Below are positions 47,290 through 59,900 of a stretch of DNA of 64,000 nt, piece after piece. Numbering within the stretch: position 1 is the first letter of the stretch; the number at the start of each line of letters is the position of its first letter. Under the pieces are notes generated by a model, which did no database searches, was not told the DNA's origin, and worked only from the letters and a program-made list of their open reading frames with translations. Origin of the DNA: Zygnema circumcarinatum SAG 698-1b (lineage: Eukaryota > Plantae > Zygnematophyceae); the NCBI GenBank assembly GCA_037447605.1, contig CM074807.1, forward strand, positions 2,114,674-2,178,673, read 5' to 3'. The translations under genes and the position numbers were made by a program.

Positions 47290-49599
47290 ATGAATGCGCC
47301 GGATAGATATGAGCGTTTTGTGGTTCCCTCGGGGATGAAGAAGTACGGTTCTACACTTCACTGGCGCTCATTTGCTCGCATGCATTAGTTCATTAGCTGC
47401 AGTATAGAATCAGCTGCAGGGTCATGGTTTGTGCAGATGGAGGAGAGGGTTTGCCGAAGGAGGAGCGAGGAGTGAGGCCAGTGGAGAGGGACGAAGAGAG
47501 GAGAGATAGAAGAGAGAGCAGGAACTACAGAGGGAAGGAAAACGGAAAGAGAAAGAAAGAGAGAGAAATAAAGAAAAAAAAGGAAAAATAAATAGAAAGA
47601 AGAGGAAAGGAGAGCAGAATCAATTGAATGTTGGGAGGATGGAGGGAAGAAACGGGAGGGAAAACGGCAATTGGGAATACAGTGGGAGAGGAGAGGAGAG
47701 GGTGGAGGAGCAAGTTCTTCCAGCAGGTGCTCTCCCCAGGAAGAGTGAGGTCTCGGAAGAAGGATAGGATGGTGGTGAGGGAGGAGAGGAAAGACGAAAG
47801 ACAGTGGTTGGCGATAGCAGAGTGAAGAGGAGTGTAGTGGGAGTGGGAGCAGGAGAGGAAAGCGTGAATGAGAGGGAGCGATTGAGCGAAATGGAGTGAC
47901 TGAGCCTAAGAAGAACCTAGTTGGTAATATGTCGCGCATTCTACTCTTGTGTTTCGTCCAATTACACCCATACACAACGTGGTCTTATCATCCACAAAAT
48001 GCTCTGCTCAGTAGCAGGCAGCACTGTCTCGTTAGTAATACGAAAAGAATAGGATTTCCTCTTTAAACAGGGCCACCTTAGACTAGCAGATTCTCCCTAA
48101 GTCCTCTTTATGGAGAAATTGTTTCTAGACCATGCCATCAGAGCAGGTTTATTAACGAGCTCACTTAGAAGTGCCTATTGCAGAAGTCATTGGCGCTTTT
48201 CAACCATGGGTTTGACATCTGGTGAATTAATGTCTGATCTGGTTTCTTTCTTGATAAGGTCTGATAGGTTGAAACGTCTGCTAGTCTTATTATAAGAAAC
48301 TCCATTGATTGTAATGGTCTCTTGTATAACGAGAGCCACTTTTGTTGACTTGTGAACTCTGCTTTTGTGATAGACGTTATTGTCCATAGTAAAGGGCTTT
48401 TCATGAGCCAGAGAGCTGGAAGATCAGTGGCTTCGCTCAGTTGCGAGGTCTCAAAGTAGTACGTGGGGATTGTGCAATATGCAAGAGCGAGAAAGAGAGA
48501 GATGGATATTTTTGTTTCTGTACTTGTTTGTGTGTGCTTCATCCACTGGAGATGTTTGCTGAGTTCGCAAAATGCTCAATAATTTTGCAGGGTGTCGTAT
48601 GAGCGTGACACCAAAGTCATGAATGCGGCTACATTCGTGCTGCAAAGGGAGGATCACACGGTTGGAAACATCATCCGCATGTCAGTACTCTACAAGGGGT
48701 TTCCCCTAGCTGGCCCACACCGCCTGTTTGGCTGTCCTTGCACTTGCTCTCGCTCTTGCTCTTGCACCGATTTGCGCTCTGTAAGTCGGCATGTTGAAAG
48801 TCTTGTTTTAGAACTCCCAGTGTCTGCATAGCTGCTGTTGGATTCATGCTATGTATGAGCAAACGCAGCAAACTGCTGAATATGGATGTGCAGAGCTGAG
48901 TGTGATCGACATCCGGGATTGCAGGCAGCTGCATCGTGACCCAAACGTGCTGTTTGCCGGATACAAATTCCCCCATCCCCTCAAGTACGAGGTTATTGTG
49001 AAGGTTTGGCCTTATATCACCCTTCTCCCCTCAGTTCTGTTTTGCAGCCGTTGGCAAATAAAACAATGAAGTGTTGTATCTTTTTCCGCCTAATTTGGAG
49101 GGGGAACGTGTCGTTGCAGATCCAGACAACCAGCCAGTCATCTCCCGCGCAGGCCTACAACGAATCGCTTAACTGTCTCACAGGCGAGCTCAACCACTTA
49201 AAGCAGACATTTGAGGTACGCATTCGCTGCATTCCGACTCTTCTGACACGCTATGGGCACCGGACGGGCCTTGAGGGCTGCCTTCCTGTGGTGACTCCCC
49301 TTTGTCTCAAAAAGTCATACTGAAAATCTTCAGCTTTTGTACTCTACTCTCTGGGACCAGAGCTCCGGTTGTCCATTGTTGTGTTTGCTTTCTCAGCAGT
49401 GCGTGGACAAGGCTCTCATCGTTTGTTTAAAGGAATGTCTAATGCTTTGGTTGCTGAATCTTTAGTGTTATTGACTCAAGGGTAGGCTAGTTTTGGGCCT
49501 CGAATGTGACCAGAGAAGCTTACGCCGCTCTCTCTGTGTACTTCTTGCCCAATGCAGGATGCAGTGAAGATGAAGAAGGAGCAGGAGACGTACTACTAA
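47290..49599 (+). CDS. RPB11: DNA-directed RNA polymerase II (IV/V) subunit 11
   Basis: 5 exons: [18 protein letters not shown] / [30 protein letters not shown] / [19 protein letters not shown] / [14 protein letters not shown] / [13 protein letters not shown]. Confidence 0.97.
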
Positions 49600-50487
49600 A
49601 GGAAACATTGTTGAAGTAGTCAGCATGTAAATCCCCCTCTGGCACAGTCTTTGGCCCACATTGGCCTCCAATGAATATGGAGATCCCTCTTGGCACTTCC
49701 AGTTGGGAGACGAAGGGAGTGGCAAGGTCCGCTGTGGGTAGCACTAGTTTTGACAAAATTTATTTGATTTATTTGTTAAGTGTCCAGATTTCAATGTCTA
49801 CTTTGTCTCGCGTTTTCCTCTATCAAAACTGTGCCCTAATCTCGTTCAATTTGTACCTGACAGATCGACAAACACTTGAGTGGTAATTTATGCAGCTGCT
49901 GTTCCATTGACATGGGCATCGCAGAATATGAGCCATTTGATGTTTACATATTACGTGTTCTTTCGGAGCCCTTAACAGTGGGAGATGCATTCTCCAACTA
50001 TTCGGCACTTCTATCGTGAAAGTCACAGCCTTGCTGTGCTGGAAAGGGTTCATTTGCTGGAGACACACACGAAGTTTGGCTCCCCTACCAAACAGAGGGA
50101 GGAAATGCACATGCCTGTGATCGGCCGCATGCAGTGACTGAGAAGGCTTTCCAAAATACCCAAAGCAGGCGAACAAACTACTACTATTTGTTTATATCGT
50201 GATTGAAACCTCTGATTGAAACGAAGCCAGCTTCTCACAACAGAAAAGGAACACGTAAGGGGTAAGGGGCTCCTTCTATTGTCGTTGACGACCATTCACC
50301 TCGTCAATGCCCTTCAGCGCTGCCACTCAATCATACTCTATTCAGTATCGTGCCTCGCTAAATCTGCAAATCAGATAAACAAAGAGTGAAGAACAAAAGA
50401 AAGGCTTTACAATCTGTACGTTTCATTTACACGCATTTGCCACCTTCTTCTTCAGGGCAATTGCAAAATGAGATAAAACTACATTGA

Positions 50488-51596
50488 CTAGATTGCAGAC
50501 GAAGCTTTAGGCTTGCGAACAAAGAGTTTCTCCAAGTCCTCAGTTGCCACATTGCTCCTGCGCGCCAATAAGCAAAGCAATAAATATAGCTTGAGAAATA
50601 GGCCTGATGCGTATGCGTCTCCCTCAATGGAAAAATAAATAACCTTCACAACATAAGATGCTTAAGGGAAGATGATAAGATGCTTTAGAACTGAGAACCA
50701 GTTCCTCGTGCTTCCCCAGGATGATTTTGTCCATGTACGATGGCATCGCCATCGTGAGATCAATGCCACATCCTCCTTTCCTTTAGAACTAAGATGCAGC
50801 AAGTATACCATGACAGAAATAGCGATTGCCGATAAATGTAGGACGCTCTCACCTCCCTCGAAGCTGTGGCGGCACAAGAAGTCCATGGCTTGTGTCTGGC
50901 GGATGCCGTTGCACAGGCAGGTTTCCTCGCGCTGTCTTCTGATAGGGGGTGAGGTGCAAATCACCATTTGAATCACCTCGCTTGCGGGAGTCTTTGTTTT
51001 GTGCATTTATGCCAACTCTAGAATGATCCCGTCTTGCAACATCAGATGCAGAACTGAAAGATGAGCCGAAGAGGTCTGCAGGACTGGGTAGGGTTGCCAA
51101 CTGGCTTTGCCGCTCAGGAATGGCAACTACGTCATGAGCTGGTACGGCATATGGGACTTGAGGAGAACTCTCATGCTGCAAGACTGGCCGCGCAGGAGCC
51201 CCCTCTCCATTTCTGCCAAGCCCAGGGAAATAAGTGACTACTTCTGGCTTCCATGGAACAAGTCAGCAGCCAAGAGGAAGCTTGAGCGGTAAGGGGCATC
51301 TGCATCAGGCAACAAGCTAGAAAGGAACAATAAACAATACAGGTCCAAACAGACATAGATGTTTACAGCTATTCAAAGCAACAACTTCAACGAAATTCAA
51401 CAGCGCAAAATAATACTTACACATTTCTATCGTAGATCTCCCGACTCTCATTTTTACACTCTTTGCGACGAACCTCCTCCTCCACCATTGCGGACGGAAC
51501 GTCAGCGGGCTCTACAGGTGCCATGTGTGTTTCCTCGCAAGGCTTGTCATCCTCGCCCTCGTCGTCCGACTCATAGTCATAATCAACCAGAGCCAT
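50488..51596 (-). CDS. Uncharacterised, largely disordered protein of a plant-type family
   Basis: 3 exons with canonical splice sites: MALVDYDYESDDEG.. / ..LPSPADLF..DHSRV..SRKR..RGNLP..PDT..LLVPPQLRG / RSNVATEDLEKLFV..*. The terminal motifs resemble land-plant hypothetical proteins, from memory only. Confidence 0.75.
50697..50780 (+). repeat. Dispersed ~80-bp repeat flanked by 14-bp direct repeats
   Basis: Copy of 12690-12769. Flanks are CTTTAGAACTGAGA (50683-50696) and CTTTAGAACTAAGA (50781-50794). Confidence 0.85.
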
Positions 51597-51717
51597 GCTC
51601 TCGTGATTACCTGTCAGCTATGCTATCTCATCTAAACAGACAAACATATGCCCACAGAGGAGCCATAACTTCCACTCTTCTTTCACTGCACGCCAGGCGC
51701 TCCAGAATCGTTGTCGG

Positions 51718-51740
51718 AACCCTAAAAACGCAAACCCTAA
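51718..51740. promoter_or_regulatory. Two telo-box motifs in a 333-bp divergent intergenic region
   Basis: AACCCTAAA (51718) and AAACCCTAA (51732) between the unknown gene and ATG14. Confidence 0.5.
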
Positions 51741-51929
51741 CGCCAACGCCAAATAGTGAGCCAAGCATTTGAGGCGCACCGTGGCATGCAGAAAGGATGT
51801 GCGCATGCAGAAAATGCTGAGAGGACAGTTAACGGAGCTTGCAGGAGCTCTCAACGAGGGCGGAGGGGACGGCTCCTCCAGGTGATGCGAGCCGCCGGAG
51901 GACATTGAGAGCCACCTTTGACCCGAAGC

Positions 51930-54900
51930 ATGAAGATGGGGGGCTGGCTTTGCCCTCTCTGTGGATGCCACGAGCGTCCCTCAGTGTGCGCTTTATGTAT
52001 CAACGCAATGTGAGTTAGTATTGCCTCTCTCAGTACTATCACATGCAGGCCTATGGATGAACAGATGAATTGCTCTGCAGTGCCATTTTGGCAATGATTT
52101 TGACTGCAAAATGGCAAATTACAGAATGGAGGAACGTCGGCGAGAGCTGAAGCTTTTGATGCAAACGCGAGGCCATCTCAGGCAGCGGCTAGATGCTGAG
52201 CTTGAAAAAAGGGTAAGTTTAAACATGTTAGCTGCTCATTACTCGGATTGTAATCACTCTCGTCATGTTACAGGCACATTAAGCGAAGCTTTGCGCTTTC
52301 CACACAGTCACTCGTTTTTTAAGCCAGCACTTGTAACCTTCGACCTACAATGAGGCCTGGGAACGTCAATGCCTTTGGAACGCATGAATGAATGGGCAAT
52401 GAAAACGGAATCGATTGATGTTAGGGATGGCTGTCTGCGCAGAGGGAGTTAGAGCGACAACGTCTATGGAGGAGGGAGCAAGAAGAGCGTTGTGAAAAAC
52501 TCCGACAGTCGGTGCGGTTGGCTGAAGCCAGTCTTCATAGTGGTAAAGTGCACAATACTAACCCATTTTCCGGGGCCACAAGTCTAGGCCGGATTTGCTT
52601 GGTTTGCTCACGCATCATCAAATATTTTGTGGTCACATGCCAATTGAAATTGCCAGTTGAAAGATATGTAGCTCACTTTTTTGGATGTAGTGAAATCTTA
52701 CTTGATCATGTTCATGTCACGTGCACAAACGTGAACATCGGGCGATTCCGCAGACTTCATAATCAAAAAATCACTTATTTCATTCAACTTCATACCCTTT
52801 AAGCAGAGTCGTGCCGAGTGCTGATCTAAAAGTCTCGTGCATATGATGGCACAGAACTGTAAAAAGTCCAGAACGTGTTTGGGTATGGCAGTGAAGTTAA
52901 GCAGACGCATAAATCTTAAATCTTCAATATGTCGAAGCAAAGGGAAAGACAGTCTACTGTCTCAAACTCGATTGGAAGTCAAATAATGGATGAATCCAGA
53001 AAAGCTACTAATTGTGAGCCGCTCGTGGGAAGTTGCGCATTGTGGAAGTGGGATAGGGCTAAGGCTACGACGGCCATATACGAGATCTGTTTGTGCACGA
53101 AGTGGGCATTCATTGTTGTCTGCAACTTTGCTAGTGTTTTTTCATTCCAAAACGTTTTTATGTTCTCTACCTTCTGACTTACAGTAAAGCATGTTTGGCT
53201 TAACGTCAAATTGTTGAATTAAAGGAGGCTGCCGAGGTAGAGGATACTAAGCTAGAGAGGATAGAGTATGTAATTCGCCTTCTGACGAGTTTTCTGTTCC
53301 TTTGGTGCAGGAAAGGCAAAGCTGAAGGAGCAGCGGGAAATGGTCAGCAGTGCGGAGAGGGAGCTGGCCAAAGCGCAGCTGCAGGTGAATATGTTCTCCG
53401 GAGGGTCTCATCTCGCCCTTGTTTTGGCTTATCATCACAAGGGAGTCCGATGAGATGGTCGCATGCACTTGATGTTCCAGTACCAACAAACGTCAATCTG
53501 CCAATCTCACAATTTGGGCCGGGATGCTTGAGGTGCTTGAGGTAAAATGCATTGAAACTGGGACAAGGAATGATTTGAACGCACCAAGGAAGTTTCAGCA
53601 TCCTTTCTAAGGGGCTAACGAATCAGATTGTCTTGTCTGTGGTTCACCAGCCATGCTTACATTGACATAATTGGAGCATGACAGCTTGCAGGGAAGAAAA
53701 CGGAATTGGAATCGCTCTATTTGGTGCTTAAAGCGCAAACGCTGAGCCTGGTGAGCTCAAGGAATACGTGGTTTCACGCTTTAGAACTGCTCAATAGGCC
53801 GCATCTGTACCTCAAACATGTTTGGGAACGGTTTGGTATAGTGGGGGCAAGTCTAGAAGGTTCTTTTCTAATGATGTTTCAATAAACTTCCATCTGGTTC
53901 ACATAGGGCTGAAAGCACGTATGATTTCTCGTACAGTTTTGCTGTTGAAATTACTTTTCTTTTGCGTATTGTGTCAGAATGCTTGTTGTATATTGGACAA
54001 CACCACATTGATGAGGATCTCGCAATGTCGATTGTGAGCTTTTCGTCCATATAAGCTGATGTCAGCCAAAAAATTATAGATAGTCTCTTCAACTTGATGT
54101 CTTATCAAGGTCTCTCTTCATGCAGTAGTCCCCACCATGAACAGGTCTTAAACCACCTTAATTTGGCCTTCAAAACTAACATATGGCGGCTTGCAGGCGG
54201 CTGTCACTTCGGAGTTGGCACATGTGCAGCGCTCTACATTGAGGCAACTCTGCAGCATCTTCCCTCTCCGTTTGGTGGGTGTGAACTCTCTCCCTCCTTA
54301 CAATCAACAATTGCAATGTCTTCACCGTGACTGGAGACCTGACCTGCCCTCCTGCTGTGTTGCAGGCGGTGGTGGATGTACCCGAGACGTGGGATGGAAT
54401 CCAAAAGCTATCGCAGGCTGTTCGCATCTGCGGTGTGCGCCTACCGGAGGGCGATGAGCCCCTCTCAATGCCTCCGGCAGAGCTTGCCGCTGCGCTCGGG
54501 TACGAGCCTGCATGCCTCCCTGCATGCATGTATGGTGGGGAGGGCCCTTTTGTGGATGGGACAGTGGCCGGCACTTGCAAATGTATGCGTTGAGGTCAAG
54601 TAAGGGTACATGCGGCTCAACAGTATAGACGCAGTTATGGAGGAGTTTTGGAGGTTTGGCGGTGAGTCTCAGAATTGAAAGGGAGTGTTGGTCTCGCAGA
54701 TACCTGCTCCAGTTTTTGGCTCTCGCTGCCAAGTATCTGTCAGCACCTCTCCTCCACAATGCTGGCTTCGCGGTGAGCAGCATGCTTGGGGCTCGGAGAA
54801 AGGTTAAGGGGAGGGGATAGAGCTTCATTTTTTTACTCTGGTTGCATAGCTCTGCCTCGAGTATTAATGTGACTCCTCTTCATTGCTGGCAGGCCTCCTC

Positions 54901-56174
54901 ATCTCGAATTTGGCAGCGTGTATCCTTTTGGACACCTCGGGCTGCGTCGTTTAGGTACAGAGCGCTCTTAAATATGAAACAATTCTTTTTCTGTAGTGGC
55001 AACGTCAGCCTCGCAAAGACTTGGATTAGAAGGAGGGTGGTAGCTTTTTCTTGTCCTCCCGAATTTTGTTTCCAGCATTGATGAAGCTTAACTAGTTTCT
55101 CTTTGTTTTACTTCGCAGCCATCAGTACCCACTCTTCTTGGCGCGGGCAGGTTCGGCAAATGCTGAAAGAGAGGCTTCGATAGAGCTAGCTAATGGCCCC
55201 CTCTCTCCTTCGCAGCAGGCTGTGCCATTGGGAGCATCAGGACATGGAAATAATCAAAGAGGATCATTAGCAGGTGGTGGTGGCTCCGCCGCTCTCGCTG
55301 CCAATGGCAACGGAGGAACGGACTCGCGACCCCTGCGAAAGGGCATTACTCTCTTGAAACGGAGTATTATGTGTCTATGTGTATATGAAGAAGCACTGCT
55401 TGGATTGAAGCTTCCTCGAGATCTTTCCCCCTTTTCATCCTTGGCCAAGTTGATGTCATGGCTGACACGAGATTCAAGAGCATCTGGTGTCCTCTCAAGG
55501 TGGGTACATAGCCATTATAGTTTTTGAATAAACAACCTGTGTTCTGTGAGGGAAAGTATGGTTTGGGGCATTGGAGATCTGACACCCGAAATGTGTCTGT
55601 AATGTGAAACCTTGAGCAGGAGCAGACAGTTCGAGCTTAGTGCAAGCTCAGCCCATGAAAGTCTTCAAAGTGGACCGATCCTTTTTTCGGATGAGGGAGC
55701 GTTGTCTGTTGGACCACCTGAAGAACTCTCGTCTATGCAATTCCAAAGCATTGTAAGTAGCGCATAAGGATCTGGCCCCCAGGCACAGTTCGCATATTGT
55801 AGGGCTGAAAGCATGCAACCTGCCCTCACCCAGGTTTCCCTTCTTCACCACATCCTTAAGAGTTTTCACTTGAAGTTATCAGAGCATGCGCTGAGTAGCA
55901 ATTGGAGAATGACGCATTGCAGCACTGCCAACCAACAGCTGTATATAGTGTCAACCCTCTATTGAAACAGGTGCATTCAGACGGTTTGGCCCTGCCAAGC
56001 GATAGTGCTTTCATTGAGCAAAGCCTGCTTAGGGCAAACCCTGCCCTCATCTCCCCTGAGAATGGGCTGGAAGAGTGGGACCTGGTGGAGCGCCCCCCCC
56101 TCCCCCCCCCGCCCTCCCGAGCTGAAGATGTGGAGCACTGGACACGAGCCATGTTCATCGATGCCACCAAGTAG
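51930..56174 (+). CDS. ATG14: Autophagy PI3K complex subunit ATG14 (plant type; ATG14/UVRAG family)
   Basis: About 12 exons: N-terminal CPLC..CALC zinc motif, coiled-coil exons, ICGVRLP..ELAAALGYLLQ..APLLHNAGFAASSSRIWQR.SFW, YPLF, KGITLLKRS, C-terminal WDLVERP.LPPPPS..EDVEHWTRAMFIDATK. Confidence 0.9.
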
Positions 56175-56962
56175 CATGAAGGGGCTGCTGGAGGCCGCCT
56201 CAATAGGTACTTGTCAGAAACTTCTTGTTATGGCGAGATTTTTCTGGCTGTCCGTGTACATACGAGCATCGACGATAGGAGGATTTGAGGATTAGAAGCG
56301 TGCTTGTGGGGAGCCAATCAGGTTGCAGGAATGCACGTGGACATTCAAGCAACGGGCCAATTGTACGCTTTTATGATGTGCTCAGGAGGGAGGGTCAAAC
56401 GGTACCACATTCACAGGTCACCTTTATTTTTTTTTTATTTTAGGGTTTTTTGTTGTATGTGTATACCAGCCTTCAAGAATCAAGATAATGGTCTTTGTCA
56501 GTGTGCACTGCCCATGTTGACGACTCCATTTGGCCCAAAAAAACGAGTCCAAACGGTCGCTTGTTCGCTTCGGTCACGGCTAAGCTTTGCTCAAAAGTCA
56601 GCTCAAATTGAACTGATAAGAAAAAATGGCGGCTTGGCCCATTTATTTTTCACAATCATAAAAAGCGGCGGCATGGAAGCACCTATGGACCGTACGCTAC
56701 TGCCTACAGTGCTATGGAAACACTGACGCGCTATATGGAAGTCCGTAAACTCTTACAGAAGAAACTCCTTTCGCCTGACGAATGACGCATCGCAGGGTGA
56801 CTCGTAACAGTGAAGACGAGATCCCGCCCCCAATATCTACAATGGTCTGCTTATCTGCTGTGGCTGCCTCCTGCAAACGACAGGTCAGTAGCCGTCCTTA
56901 ATCCTCTGGCTGCTCATTGGTTGCAAACTCTCAAAAATGGCTTTTGAGGTTCAGATCTGCGT

Positions 56963-59900
56963 TCACGGAGGCGCCTGAAATGGTGATATTATGCCCAGCT
57001 TCTGTTCCTGCTGCTTCAGCTTCTCCAGCCCTGCAAGACAGATAGCACATGGCCCCGTGTCGTTAGATTTCATCACAAACATCGCAAGAGAGTCTTTTGC
57101 AGAGTGAGGCAGAATTCAACAAAACTCTTTCGGTCATTCTTGAACTCATTCGCAAACTACCTGGAAAGTCGGCCATAACAACCAGCACCACTTCTTGATT
57201 CAGTAGCAGGCTACCGAGCTCAGACACTTACTGAGGCATCCTTACCTCACCATTGTCTATGCGTATGATTTGGTAGACATGGCTTGAAACTTAGCTTCTC
57301 TGTATTGGAACAACTCAAGCGGTCGAATAGAACTAAACTTCAGAGTGGAAAAAGTACAATCTACAAATTCACAGTAATCGGTAACAAAGACCACCATGGC
57401 ACAGGAGAATGCAAGGAGTGCAGAACACACCCGAAAGCACAGAAGTCACCGCCAGGTTGGGAATGTGGATGCCCACTATGCGCCGACCATCATTACTGCT
57501 CTCAAGCCGGACTACTCGAAGGCGTCGATGTGTGACGCGCTCCTAGAAGAAAAAAACGAAGAAAAACAAGCGCTTCAGACGACAGCTCTCCATCAGCAGC
57601 TTTACTGTTGATGCTTTGGAAGGGTGGCAGTCACCACCTTGTGCTTCCCCCCCCCCACCCCCTCAAGGCATTTACCTGCTTCGACAGCGCCTGCTCCACT
57701 GTTCCCCATATAGGGAATATAAGACCTCCAAGAATGTGCATCTGCTGCACTCGCCGGCCTACACTGCACCCCGAGCCAATCTTGCATTTGGGCCCGTGCA
57801 TACACTGCAAGGGACACATGAAATCGAGACAACAACCACCCACAAATGTATTGCCTGTCAAAATCCCTGTTTCGTCTGGTTGCAGTAAAAGCCCACACAA
57901 GCCTTCTTGACAGAGCACCCATTGCTCGACTCTCTCAGCGAGAAGCTATCGAGTTTTACGTGAGCGGAAGGACAGCATTCACAGCTCCGCCTTACTTGAT
58001 TCCCGGACGCCATGTAGTCTTGCACCCAGCCCGCCTGTGCTGACTCCAAAGATGTTTCCTTCTTGTACTTCGTGTTAAGCTCTGTCCACAGCATCTCCCT
58101 GAACGGCAACTTCCCATGTGGCCCAAGTGAGTCACATACCCGGCCACAACAGCGTCCAGCTACGGCTATCTCAGAGTCAAAATTAAGGTTGATAGCTATT
58201 TCTATATTCCTCAGCATTTCCACCCTCAAGGCACCCTAACTGTTTCGTCTCCTGGTAGTTGTGATGACTCCAAGGACAGGTTTGAGGGAGTTACCTAGCA
58301 GACTCTCCATTTGGGGGTCGAAAAACGCGGAATGTTCGAGGTGATGCCCCCACCCTGAATGGGCGCCAAGTGCCAAGTGAGAAGGTTGCAGCATCCTTGA
58401 GTTTCATCACCCAATACTCATATTTCCCCTGCTCAGAGGAGGCAGTATTTTAACTTACGCACCTTTCAATGCCAAGCAGGTAATGTGAGCGTCCCAGCCA
58501 TTCCCTTCGCGATCGATAAAATCCGTTATCGGTGGCAGTGCCTTCACTTGCACTATCAGAAGGCAAACCCTCAGCCTCTCTCACTCCATCAGATGGCACA
58601 GTTCCCGAAGCAGCCATCGCATTGTCGAGAATCTGCTTCGCTTCCTGTCCAAGCATCAAACCAGCACCCCGGGAAAAAGCAGAATCGTTAGCATTGAAGT
58701 CGTTGTGCTGATACCCGCACTACATTTTAGCTCCTTTTGTGTGAATGCCTATGCAACAGCAACGCGCCTCCAAGAGCGAACCCAATTGCTTTCACGGTCA
58801 ACTTTTTTTTGGGCAATTAAAATGACACAGCCCAAATTTAAAAACTCTGAGGGCGACTCTGAAGGCAAAAAGAAGCCCCATTATTGGTTCTGAAGTAAAG
58901 ATTGAGCTGCAGCGACGGTGGGCTATAAAGGGAGCAGCGAGAAACCTCCCACGGGAGTCCACGGTCAATCTCTGCAACGCTGTGAGTGGTTGGTGCGCCC
59001 GAAAGAGGGTCCACATGCACCACCTAAAACCCTCACAATAGCAGCTGAACCCATTAAGAAGAACAGCCATTGAAAGCCTCATCCAGACTCATTCTTCGGT
59101 CCATATGGCATTGAAGTAGACAACCTTAGGAATTGCAACCGTCAGAAATCCTACAAGTCTTGGGGCATTCAGTGGAAAACTCTATAGCGCTGACCAGTAG
59201 AGAATCCTCCATTCTTGCATGGTCCAGAAAAGAGAGACACGACTGAATACTTCAGGGCAAGTGAAGCTCACAGTCGCATCCTCCTTAATTTCAATGCGTG
59301 CGGCTCTGATGTCGACGATGCCGGCATCAAAGTTTCCCTCCTTCCTTGCGGACCTTACCAGCGCATCGAACTGCACCACAAAAAAATCGAACAGGCTGCT
59401 CCCATTCCTCCACAGCAACCTCTGGCAACCTCAAATTTCTTCATACCATTGACTCAGAATAGGCTTTCATATGCGGGAAGTTGCACCAACTGCAAGCATG
59501 CTTGACCTGAATGAGCAAAACTGATGTGGTAACTGGCTTTTCTTCCTTTGCAGGAGTGCATCTACCGAGACAAAATTACTGGAGAAGGAGATGTGTGCTT
59601 GCCTGTTTTGCTGCTCCGGCTGCAGTCCAAGAGCTCGATTCAGAAAGCGGCCGACATCGTGCATATCGGCATCCGATATTCGGCCGGATGAGCGACCTTG
59701 GAACATCCCATTGGTGGTGTCTGCACGCACCCTGCAGGGCCATCATCATCACACGTGCCACACTCACGCGCTGGGGGAGAGGGGGAGAGAGGGAGAGAGA
59801 GAGAGCAAAAAACTCACCCAGTCTTGTGATTCATGCTGCAAGTGGGGCTGAAATAAAGGCTGCCATTCTTCACATCTACGGCGGAACATCAAGGACCTCC

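Noticed and set aside
54920-54928. GTATCCTTT U12 donor-like motif in ATG14
   Set aside because: Lies inside the conserved coding motif RIWQRVSFW; splicing there would break it.
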